This document shows, piece after piece, positions 42,078-50,463 of a DNA stretch of 64,000 nt (position 1 is its first letter; each line of letters starts with the position of its first letter). This DNA comes from a virus: IMG/VR virus record IMGVR_UViG_3300038393_002515; one strand, written 5' to 3'. Under the pieces are notes generated by a model. The model was not told where the DNA came from. It did no database searches and saw only the letters and a program-made list of their open reading frames with translations. The position numbers and the translations under genes are program-made.

Positions 42078-43411
42078 TGGCAGACGACCAGCTCCACCAA
42101 GGCGACGGAACCTTCGGAACGGCCGTCATCTCCGGCGGCCTGATCCCGTTGCAGGCCGACGTCACCGTGCCGCAGTCCACCGCGCTGGCCAGCGGCACGG
42201 GCATGCTCGTGGCCGACACGGCCGTCGCCGAGCAGCTGCGGCACTTCCCCGAGGAGGTCTACGACCTCCGGCCCACCTCGCACCTGGTCCGTCTGATGCA
42301 GGCTCTCCTCGGGGACTCGGGCGTCGGCCAGCTCCGCAAGCGGCTGCTGGTGGCCCAGATGCAGAGCCTGTCCGCCTCCGGGGCAAGGTTTTTCGATCTC
42401 GACCGGTTCTACGGGGCGATCTTCAACGCCACCCGGAACGACGCCGAGGTCCTGCCGATCAACCCCATGGAGACGTCGGCCGCCACGGCCGCCGAGTGGG
42501 ACTCGATCGAGGCCGCCGATGCCTCCTTCCGGGACCGGATGACCGCGCTGGCCAAGGCAATTGCCATGGGCGGCACCGTGCCGGGCCTCAAGGCGGCCGC
42601 CGAGGCCATCACCGGCGTCGAGGCCGACGTCTACGAGTCCTGGGCCCTGATCGACGCCGCCGGAGACACCGACGAGACCGCACACACCTGGGAGTGGATG
42701 GAGGGCGGCACCTGGGGGGACTACGAGGGCGAGATCTGGGGTGCGCTGGAGGGCACACCGTTCTACGGCCGCTCCGGCTCCCTGACCCGCAGCGAGGTCC
42801 TGGTCCGGGTCAACCGCGACTACCCGACCACTCCGGAGGGCCGGGCGCAGCAGGCCAGCGACGAGTCGGCGCTGGTGCGCGTCCTTGAGCGGCTCAAGCC
42901 CGCTCACCTGCTTCTCACGGTGGACACGCAGGGCACCTCGGCCCTCGTGGCACGCGGAATCGCCGGTGTGCGCGCGGACAGCGAGAACTGGGAGATCGTC
43001 CCTCAGGTCACCCCGAGCCAGGTGCCGACCAGCACGAACCCCTACCCGCTGTCGGCGATCCAACAGCAGGACGGCGTGGACCCGAGTTCTCCCCGCGTGC
43101 TGCCGCGCCCGCCACTGACCGCCCGGCTCGGAGACCAGTGGTCCTACGGACAGCAGGTCCCCACCTGCCGCTCCTACGCAGTCGCCCCGGATGACACGGC
43201 CGACTTCACTACGCCCGGAACCGTCCCGGACGCCGACCTCGGCTCGATTGACCAGACGGTTGTCTGGCGCGACGGCACCTCGACCGTCTACCGGGCCTCG
43301 CTCGGCGCGCTCGACCCGCTGCTGAGCCATGCCGCCCGCGCCGGAGGCGACGGCGTGCTGATCGCCAATCCGTACTCCGGCGACCGGCGGACGGTCCTTA
43401 CCACTGACTGA
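42074..43411 (+). CDS. Baseplate protein (gpI-like position)
   Basis: 445 aa, overlapping the J-like stop (GTGATG). Start is GTG 42074 or ATG 42077. Confidence 0.65.
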   Translation: MMADDQLHQGDGTFGTAVISGGLIPLQADVTVPQSTALASGTGMLVADTAVAEQLRHFPEEVYDLRPTSHLVRLMQALLGDSGVGQLRKRLLVAQMQSLSASGARFFDLDRFYGAIFNATRNDAEVLPINPMETSAATAAEWDSIEAADASFRDRMTALAKAIAMGGTVPGLKAAAEAITGVEADVYESWALIDAAGDTDETAHTWEWMEGGTWGDYEGEIWGALEGTPFYGRSGSLTRSEVLVRVNRDYPTTPEGRAQQASDESALVRVLERLKPAHLLLTVDTQGTSALVARGIAGVRADSENWEIVPQVTPSQVPTSTNPYPLSAIQQQDGVDPSSPRVLPRPPLTARLGDQWSYGQQVPTCRSYAVAPDDTADFTTPGTVPDADLGSIDQTVVWRDGTSTVYRASLGALDPLLSHAARAGGDGVLIANPYSGDRRTVLTTD

Positions 43412-43423
43412 CAGACTGGCGCG

Positions 43424-43693
43424 GTGAAGAAGTTCAACGGCTCCGCTAAACAGCGGAGAAAGGCGAAGTCGCAGGTCTATCACCTTCAGGAGGGGCGCTG
43501 CGCCGAGTGTCGGCGCTCCCTTGTGATCGAGCAGATGCGAATCACGCGCATCGACAACAGCACGAAGTCGTGCGCACGGGCGAACCTGCGCGTGGTGTGC
43601 GAGCTGTGCCTGGAGTTCATCGACCGAGAGCGCCACGAAGCGGCGATGGCACGGCGTGCGGCACGTGAGCAGGAAGCCGTACCTCCCGCGTAG
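43424..43693 (+). CDS. Small HNH-like zinc-ribbon protein (catalytic His apparently missing)
   Basis: CAEC...NLRVVCELC spacing as in HNH ββα-Me fingers, but RITRID sits where H-x-x-H is expected. Visibly more A/T-ending codons than its neighbours. Weak SD. Confidence 0.45.
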   Translation: MKKFNGSAKQRRKAKSQVYHLQEGRCAECRRSLVIEQMRITRIDNSTKSCARANLRVVCELCLEFIDRERHEAAMARRAAREQEAVPPA

Positions 43694-43697
43694 GCCT

Positions 43698-43733
43698 GCT
43701 GTTCTTCAACCCTCCGGCGTCACCAAGGGGTGC
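43698..43733 (+). promoter_or_regulatory. Bipartite late-gene element copy 17 (GCTGTT-N23-GGGGTGC)
   Basis: CCCTCCGGCGTC 43710-43721 pairs perfectly (12 bp) with GACGCCGGAGGG 43739-43750, which contains the SD. The loop is ACCAAGGGGTGCAAGGA. ATG is at 43763. Confidence 0.65.
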
Positions 43734-43762
43734 AAGGAGACGCCGGAGGGAGCCACACCGAC

Positions 43763-46700
43763 ATGGCCGACCTGTACGCCAACTACGCCGCGCTGGCCGC
43801 CGCGCGGCAGATCGGTGTGGACTACCGGATCCTGGTCCGTACGCCTCCGGGCTCCCGGCTGGCGCACATCGCCATCCACGGTGGCGGCATCGAGCCGGGC
43901 ACCACGGAGGTCGCGGACTACCTGGCCGGGTCAGCCAGCCGGTTCTACTCCTTCGACGGCATGCTGACGTCGGGAAACAGCGACCTACACATCACCTCGA
44001 CGAACTTCGACGAGCCGCAGGCCCTGGACCTGGTCGCGGCCGCCGACTACGTCATCTCCTGGCACGGCGCGGCCGGGGCCGAGCCGATCACTTACGTCGG
44101 CGGCCTGGACACAGAGACGGCTGAGCGGATCAAGGAGGCTCTGGAGCAGGCAGGATTCACGGTGTCGCCTGCCAGCGAGGAGCTGAACGGCGGCGACCCG
44201 GCGAACATCTGCAACAAGGGCACCCGGCTCATGGGCGTGCAGATGGAGCTGTCGCTGGGCCTGCGGCAGTCCTTCTTCGAGGACTTCACCCGGCCCGGCC
44301 GGGACAGCGGCGCGCGCACCTCGGTCTTCTACGCCTACATGGTCGCGATCCAGACGGCACTCAACGGCCTGGACGTGCCGGGCAAGGCGATCGGGTCGGC
44401 GTGGAAGGGCCGGGTTGCCCAGCCCGTGACCGGCACCGGGTCGGCGTCCGGAGACTTCGGTATTCCGGCCCTGGCGCCGTTGACCGTGGACGGCATGCCG
44501 CTTGACTCGCTCAAGGACGCGTTGCGCCTGTCAACTCAGCGGCAGGCGTCGGGCAACATGGAGCGGTTCTGGTCAAGTGCCCCCCGCGACAACGGTGACC
44601 CGGTGCGGGAGGTGTTCGAGTTCTCGCTGGCCACGGCCCGGCCGGTCAACCGCGTCTCGTTCTCTCTCGCGCGGTTCCCGCAGCGGGCCTGGGTGCAGTA
44701 CCGCGACGCCGACGGGCTGTGGCGGCCGCTGCAGAACGCGCGCCTGGGCGGCCCGGTCCAGATCAGCATCCTGGACTCGGTCCCGGCGGTGATCCCGGCC
44801 GGTGTGGCCGACGACGTGAAGCTGCACCCGCAGCACTTCGGTGCCGGGCACTGGATGGCGCAGGAGGTCGACGTCCAGCCGGTCACGGCGAGCCGGTTCC
44901 GGATCGTCATGACCCGGCTGCCGTCGTCGGCGTACCCGCGCGGCTCGGACAACCAGCCGGTTGCCTACTCACTCGGGGTCAAGGACGCGCTGGTGTCCTA
45001 CCGCGCCTCCAGCTTGACCGACCTGCCGTGGCTGCCGCAGCAGGACGCCGAGCACACGGTGCCGATTGCCGGGTCAACCGACCTGCTCGGCTCCCAGGTT
45101 GACTACCTGCTCCGGCGCAACCGGGCGGACAACCTGGTACCACCCGCGAGCGGCGTGTGGCGTTGCGCACCGCAGCCGGTCCCGAACGCCGTGGTGAGCC
45201 TGTACCTGGACCTGCGGACCTCGGACGGCAGCGCTCAGGTCGTGGACCGGCTCTACGTTGACCCGGTCACGTCGGGTGTGTCGTGCAACCTGTACTACAC
45301 CGACGCCACGGTGGTGCCTGAGCGGTTCGAGCCGTCCGACGCGCCCTTGACCTTGCCTCTTGTCCGGGCAAGCACGGACACCCCGGTCGTTGACAGCGAG
45401 GGCGTGCTCTTTGACTCGGCCGACTCCTACCTCGACGTGGACAACAGGGCCTGCCAGTTCGACCCGGGCCAGCCGTTCCTGATGGGCATGGTGGTCTACC
45501 CCCAGTTCACCTCCGGCGACACCGGTCAATTCACCGTCCTGGACACCCCGGCCATGACCATCTGGTTCGAGGCCGGGTCGGTCAAGGTGCGCCTGGGTGA
45601 CCGCACAGTGGAGATGGACCCGGTCACGTTCGGAGTCAACGAGCGGATCCCGCTGGCGGTTGCCTACGACGGGTCGACGTTGACCGTGCGCACCCCGTGG
45701 TCAACCCGGATTCAGGAGGCAACTCACGTCGTTGCCCAGGCACCGCCGAACGTGATCCGGCTCGGCGGCCCGCTCTCGGGTCCGGGCGGCTCGATCCGGT
45801 TGCGCAACCTCTTCCTCGCGCTCGGGCGCGCCGCCGACGTCGACACCATCGAGGCCTACTGGGACGACCCGGCGGCCTACGCCCTCAGCCCCGGCTACGG
45901 GCAGGACGGGACCGCGCACACCAGCGCCAGCGCGATCTTGCGGATGGACCCCAGCCTGATCACGGCTGGGCAGGAGTCGGTGTGTCCGTGGGGGCTGATC
46001 GGTGGCCCGCCGGTCGCTCTGGACGACCTGGTGTGGACACCGGTCCCCGGGGACTTCACCCTGCGCAAGGGGCTGATGAAGTTCCGGCCGATCAAAGCCC
46101 GGCATCTGAAGATGGAGTTCACCAACCTCCAGCCGATGGTGCTGACGCCGTCGCAGGCCTCGCCGCTGGTGGAGACCAGGCTGTTCCCGGCCGACACCGG
46201 GCAGGGGTCCAGCATCGTCGCGTCCGGCGCGACCGTCTCCGGCGCGGCCCCGGCGGGCGCCCGGGTCGCCACCGAGCAGGGCGCGGTCTACCAGTACGTG
46301 GACGCCAACCGGATCGTGTCCTCCACGTCCAGCAGCGCCCCGTACCTGCCCACGGAGGCCCTGTACGCGCCGGATCCGCTCGCAGCGCAGCAGCTGCGCC
46401 GCTCGGGCCAGCGGTTCCCGTACATGCCGCTGCCGGGCACCAAGGCGCCGCGCTTCACCAGCACGGGAGTGCACCGCTACCACGTGGTCCAGCTGGCCAT
46501 GGACACCAAGGTCGGCTACACCGTCGCTCTGTCCCAGGTCCTGGCCTACCTGGCCGACCCGGTCGCGCAGCGCGACACCGAGCAGTACGTCGAGCTGTTC
46601 CACGACACGGCCTACCTGTCCGGCTACGACGCGTCCCAGCAGGGCGGATGGAAGCACACCGGCACTGCGATGGTCACCACCGATCAGCCGCCGTCCCAGG

Positions 46701-47944
46701 GTGCGCAGGCCGTCTCCAAGACGTTCGTCAGCAAGCGCCGTGTCCTGGCGGTGCAGTTCGCCGCGCAGACCTCCCAGCCCAAGCAGCTGGTCGCCGATCC
46801 GGACTTCGACGACCCGAGCCTGCACTTCTGGCGGCCGGTCGGTGACGCCACGGCGGAGTCCTCGACCCAGTACGCCTCCACGATCGGCCGCATGGCCAAG
46901 GTCACGCGTGGCCACGCGGCGTCCTCCTGGGGCTCCCTGGAGTCCCGCTTCCCCACCTGGGGGGACATCGAGGACTCCGACCCGCTGCCGAACCGGCCGC
47001 TGTGGTGGGAGATCGAGAACGCCACCAGCTCGGCCGACTTCGGCGGCATCGAGTCGCTGTGGCCGGTGAACCCGGCGCCGCGCGGCCGCCTGTACGCGGC
47101 GGCCCGGGTCTACACCGACGCCCCGCTGGCCGCCCCACTGCTGCTGCAGCTCGTCAACGGCGACGGCCGGATCATCGCCTCGACCGCGCGCAGCTTCGAC
47201 TCGGCGCAGGTCGGCGAGTGGTACGTCGGCGCCACCATCGACACCAGTCCGCCCAACCCGCTCACCTGGGACACCGTGTCGGCCCACGACACTCGCACGT
47301 GGTCGGACATGGAAGCCCTCGGCATGTGGGGTGACGTCGCCCAGGACTGGGACGTGGATGACGTCCACGATGTCCGCGTCCGCGTCATCCAGGAGGGCAG
47401 CGCGGGCACCGGCGTGTGGCACGTCGACAGCCTCGCCATCTTCAACGACCCGATCGTCTGGGAGATCTCCCGCGACGGCGGCGTGAACTGGTACGAGATG
47501 ATCGACATCAAGAACAACCCGCGCGGCGTGTTCCAGTTCCCGGATCTGCCCAACACCGACCGCTCCGGCGGCACTCAGCTGCGGTGGAGGGCCACCGGCT
47601 ACGCCCCGGGTCTCTCGCTGTCCTCGGTCGTCCTGCGGCCGTGGTACGCCACGCTGACCGGCGCGGTCCCGTACCAGGACACCCTGCAGGCGGCTGGGGC
47701 GGCGAGTTCGCTGGCCGACTACTACCCGCCGGTCGATTCCGATCCGCTGTTCCAGGGGTGGAAGAGCCCTATCCCCGAGGACTGGTGGCTGGCGTTCCGC
47801 CAGTGGATGCAGCAGAACGCCCCGAAGACCGACCCGCTGCCCGCGATCACTCTGCCCGAGGCGGTGGCCGAGGGCACCAACGAGGGCGCTCCGCCCGCGC
47901 TGGCTCGCCACGTCCTGTCCGACGCCTTCGTCCTCAACCGCTAA
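43763..47944 (+). CDS. Giant tail fibre/host-recognition protein with an N-terminal poly-gamma-glutamate-hydrolase-like (DUF867/PghP-type) domain
   Basis: N-terminal ~175 aa: IHGGGIEPGTTEVA...LHITSTNFDEP...ISWHG...VGGLD...LNGGDPANICN...GVQMELS..LRQSFF matches the PghP/UPF0714 signature blocks. The remaining ~1200 aa are beta-rich. Confidence 0.8.
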   Translation: MADLYANYAALAAARQIGVDYRILVRTPPGSRLAHIAIHGGGIEPGTTEVADYLAGSASRFYSFDGMLTSGNSDLHITSTNFDEPQALDLVAAADYVISWHGAAGAEPITYVGGLDTETAERIKEALEQAGFTVSPASEELNGGDPANICNKGTRLMGVQMELSLGLRQSFFEDFTRPGRDSGARTSVFYAYMVAIQTALNGLDVPGKAIGSAWKGRVAQPVTGTGSASGDFGIPALAPLTVDGMPLDSLKDALRLSTQRQASGNMERFWSSAPRDNGDPVREVFEFSLATARPVNRVSFSLARFPQRAWVQYRDADGLWRPLQNARLGGPVQISILDSVPAVIPAGVADDVKLHPQHFGAGHWMAQEVDVQPVTASRFRIVMTRLPSSAYPRGSDNQPVAYSLGVKDALVSYRASSLTDLPWLPQQDAEHTVPIAGSTDLLGSQVDYLLRRNRADNLVPPASGVWRCAPQPVPNAVVSLYLDLRTSDGSAQVVDRLYVDPVTSGVSCNLYYTDATVVPERFEPSDAPLTLPLVRASTDTPVVDSEGVLFDSADSYLDVDNRACQFDPGQPFLMGMVVYPQFTSGDTGQFTVLDTPAMTIWFEAGSVKVRLGDRTVEMDPVTFGVNERIPLAVAYDGSTLTVRTPWSTRIQEATHVVAQAPPNVIRLGGPLSGPGGSIRLRNLFLALGRAADVDTIEAYWDDPAAYALSPGYGQDGTAHTSASAILRMDPSLITAGQESVCPWGLIGGPPVALDDLVWTPVPGDFTLRKGLMKFRPIKARHLKMEFTNLQPMVLTPSQASPLVETRLFPADTGQGSSIVASGATVSGAAPAGARVATEQGAVYQYVDANRIVSSTSSSAPYLPTEALYAPDPLAAQQLRRSGQRFPYMPLPGTKAPRFTSTGVHRYHVVQLAMDTKVGYTVALSQVLAYLADPVAQRDTEQYVELFHDTAYLSGYDASQQGGWKHTGTAMVTTDQPPSQGAQAVSKTFVSKRRVLAVQFAAQTSQPKQLVADPDFDDPSLHFWRPVGDATAESSTQYASTIGRMAKVTRGHAASSWGSLESRFPTWGDIEDSDPLPNRPLWWEIENATSSADFGGIESLWPVNPAPRGRLYAAARVYTDAPLAAPLLLQLVNGDGRIIASTARSFDSAQVGEWYVGATIDTSPPNPLTWDTVSAHDTRTWSDMEALGMWGDVAQDWDVDDVHDVRVRVIQEGSAGTGVWHVDSLAIFNDPIVWEISRDGGVNWYEMIDIKNNPRGVFQFPDLPNTDRSGGTQLRWRATGYAPGLSLSSVVLRPWYATLTGAVPYQDTLQAAGAASSLADYYPPVDSDPLFQGWKSPIPEDWWLAFRQWMQQNAPKTDPLPAITLPEAVAEGTNEGAPPALARHVLSDAFVLNR

Positions 47945-47953
47945 GGAGCCTCT

Positions 47954-48775
47954 GTGCGCGCGCACTTCAACCGCGCCCTGCTCGACCTGCAGGGCAACCA
48001 GGTCCCCACCGCCACGGTGCGGCTCCTGGCCCCTGGCACCACCACGCCGTACGGCCAGACCATCTACGCCGACGCGACCAGCGGTACGACCCGCACCAAC
48101 CCGTGGACGACCACGACCGGCGAGGTGGACTTCTACCTCGACGCCCCGGACCGCGTACGGATCGGTGTCCAGGTCGGCACAGACCCGGAGGAGTTCTGGG
48201 ACAACGTCGATGTGACGGCCGTCGGTACCGACTCCACCCATCCCGGCTCGGGCAACCAATCCCTGCAGATCGGTGTCGGCGCGGCCGCCACCGGTGTGCA
48301 CTCCGCCGCGCTGGGGCAGGGCGCCCAGGCCACCGCTGACTCCACCGTGGCGGTGGGCGAGCAGGCGACGGCCTCCGGCGTCGGGGCTGTCGCCACAGGC
48401 TCCCAGGCGGACGCCACGGCGCCCGGCGCGGTTGCGCTCGGCCAGTCGGCGCTGGCGCAGGGCACCCAGGCCACGGCCATCGGCGATGCCGCGAAGTCGC
48501 AGTGGAACCATTCCACCGCCGTCGGCGCGGGCGCCCAGACCGACCGCCCCCACCAGGTCGTCATCGGCACGTCGGCCGAGACTGTCTTCTTGCCCGGCGG
48601 GATCGCGCTGCAGAGCCCCAACGGCAGCACCTTCATGGTCGGCGTCACGAACGACGGTCTGCTGTACACCCAGCAGCTGCCCACCTACGTGCCGCCGCCG
48701 GTACCGGACGAGGGCTCGGGCGAGAGCACGGGAGACGGCGGGGACACGCTCCCGGGCGACGTCAGCGGGGGCTGA
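47954..48775 (+). CDS. Tail fibre protein with Ala/Gly-rich YadA-head-like repeats
   Basis: SD AAGGAG before GTG 47954. Repeats of the form S.A.G..A.A....(S/T)VAVG. N-terminal domain is paralogous to those of the 48843 and 51790 products. Confidence 0.7.
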   Translation: MRAHFNRALLDLQGNQVPTATVRLLAPGTTTPYGQTIYADATSGTTRTNPWTTTTGEVDFYLDAPDRVRIGVQVGTDPEEFWDNVDVTAVGTDSTHPGSGNQSLQIGVGAAATGVHSAALGQGAQATADSTVAVGEQATASGVGAVATGSQADATAPGAVALGQSALAQGTQATAIGDAAKSQWNHSTAVGAGAQTDRPHQVVIGTSAETVFLPGGIALQSPNGSTFMVGVTNDGLLYTQQLPTYVPPPVPDEGSGESTGDGGDTLPGDVSGG

Positions 48776-48794
48776 CGCCGGTTATCTACTCCTT

Positions 48795-48829
48795 GCTGTG
48801 CCGCGCCTCCCTCGTGACTGAAGAGGTGA
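48795..48829 (+). promoter_or_regulatory. Bipartite late-gene element copy 18 (GCTGTG-N22-GAGGTGA)
   Basis: CCTCCCTCGT 48806-48815 pairs perfectly with ACGAGGGAGG 48829-48838 (SD). Start is GTG 48843. Confidence 0.55.
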
Positions 48830-48842
48830 CGAGGGAGGCGAA

Positions 48843-50456
48843 GTGGCGCGAGCACATGTGATGCGGCCGATCATCGGTGACACGGGCGACCTGTTGTACG
48901 GCGCGCAGGTCACCGTGCGCGAGGCCGGACAGTCGGTGAAGGTGGCTCAGCCGATGTATGCGGGGCCCACCGGTGAAGAGCAGCTGACGAACCCGTTCAT
49001 CACCGCCAACGGCGTGATCGACTTCTGGATGGACACCCCGCAGCGGGTGTCGGTCCTGGTCCAGAAGGACGGCTTCTCCGACATCCTGGTCTACCTCGAC
49101 GCCGCGCCGCCGCCGGAGGAGACCGCCCGGACCGACAGTCCGCTGCTGATCGTCGGCGACCAGGTACCGGGTAACGTGCTGCTCGCCGGTGACACTCCTG
49201 GGCAGGCCGTGTGGGGGCCGGTCCCGGCCAACTCCGGCGTCACCCCGAGGGTCACCGTCATCAACGAGGACTTCGACCTCGCCCGTGACCCGGCAGGCTG
49301 GACATTCACTCAGGCCGCGACCAGCACCCGCGACTACCCGGCCGAAGCACCCACCGACTGGGGCTACAGCCGGTCTCTGCACGGCAAGCACACCGGCAAC
49401 GCGGGCGACCTCGTCGTCGTCACGCCGGGCTTCACCCTCACCGAGGCAGGCTTCGTCTCCCTGTGGGTGCGGCCGACCCTGGCCACCGGAGAGAGCGTCA
49501 TCATCGCCGCCACCACCCAGGGCGGCACGAAGACCGTGCTGGAGACGCTCACGCAGACCCGGCCGTGGGGCTTCTACCGGTACCCGCTCGCCGCTGGCAC
49601 CTACCAGTCGGTCTCTGTCGAGTTCAAGGGCGCGGCCGCCTTCGTGGCGGGCTCCGGCCACGAGATGTGGACAACCGGCCTGCAGGTCCTGTACGGCGGC
49701 ACGGTTCCCACGCACACCCACTCCGGCTCCGGCACCGGCTCCGTCGCACTGGGCACTTCGGCCGCCGCCTCCGGTGTCGCCTCCGTCGCCATCGGCACCT
49801 CCGCTCAGGCCACTGCCAGCAACGCCACCGCGTTCGGAGCCCGCGCGCAGGCCACCGCCACCGATGCCGTTGCCGTCGGCCCGGACTCCAAGGCGCTGTC
49901 CCAGAACGGCGTCGCGGTCGGGGCACGGGCCAACGGTTCGCTGGCGGCCACCGGATGGACGGCTGTCGGCGCGGACGCCTACGTCGACTCCACCGACGGC
50001 ACCGCGATCGGCCGCCAGGCCAAGGTGTACGGGCAGTCCGGGGCCGCGATCGGTCCCACCGCGTATGTCGGCCCCAGCGCGACCGGCGCCGTCGCGCTGG
50101 GGCAGAACGCGCAGGCCCTGGCCAGTGGCGGCGTGGCGCTCGGGCCGAACTCCGTCGTGGGGTCCACCCACAGCAACGCCACGGCGATCGGCAGCAACGC
50201 CAAGACCAGCGCGGCCCTGCAGACGATGTTCGGCAACCCCAGCGTCACCAGCGGTGCCGTGATCTTCTGCGGCAAGCTCTACGCCCTCTCCGCCGTCAAC
50301 CTGGGCACCGACGCCAGCTCCAGGCTGGGCTTCTTCGGCGCGGAGGGCACCGTCAAGCCCACCGTGACCGGCTCGGACGGCAGCAACCTCGCGCTGCGCA
50401 ACCTCATCTCCGCGCTGGCCGGACTCGGCCTGCTGATCAACAACACCACGAGCTGA
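48843..50456 (+). CDS. Tail fibre protein (paralogue 2) with YadA-head-like repeats
   Basis: N-terminal domain similar to the 47954 and 51790 products. Long run of (A/S).A.G..A.A repeats. C-terminal FFGAEGTVKPTVTGSDGSNLALRNLISALAGLGLL motif. Confidence 0.7.
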   Translation: MARAHVMRPIIGDTGDLLYGAQVTVREAGQSVKVAQPMYAGPTGEEQLTNPFITANGVIDFWMDTPQRVSVLVQKDGFSDILVYLDAAPPPEETARTDSPLLIVGDQVPGNVLLAGDTPGQAVWGPVPANSGVTPRVTVINEDFDLARDPAGWTFTQAATSTRDYPAEAPTDWGYSRSLHGKHTGNAGDLVVVTPGFTLTEAGFVSLWVRPTLATGESVIIAATTQGGTKTVLETLTQTRPWGFYRYPLAAGTYQSVSVEFKGAAAFVAGSGHEMWTTGLQVLYGGTVPTHTHSGSGTGSVALGTSAAASGVASVAIGTSAQATASNATAFGARAQATATDAVAVGPDSKALSQNGVAVGARANGSLAATGWTAVGADAYVDSTDGTAIGRQAKVYGQSGAAIGPTAYVGPSATGAVALGQNAQALASGGVALGPNSVVGSTHSNATAIGSNAKTSAALQTMFGNPSVTSGAVIFCGKLYALSAVNLGTDASSRLGFFGAEGTVKPTVTGSDGSNLALRNLISALAGLGLLINNTTS

Positions 50457-50463
50457 GCGAGAC

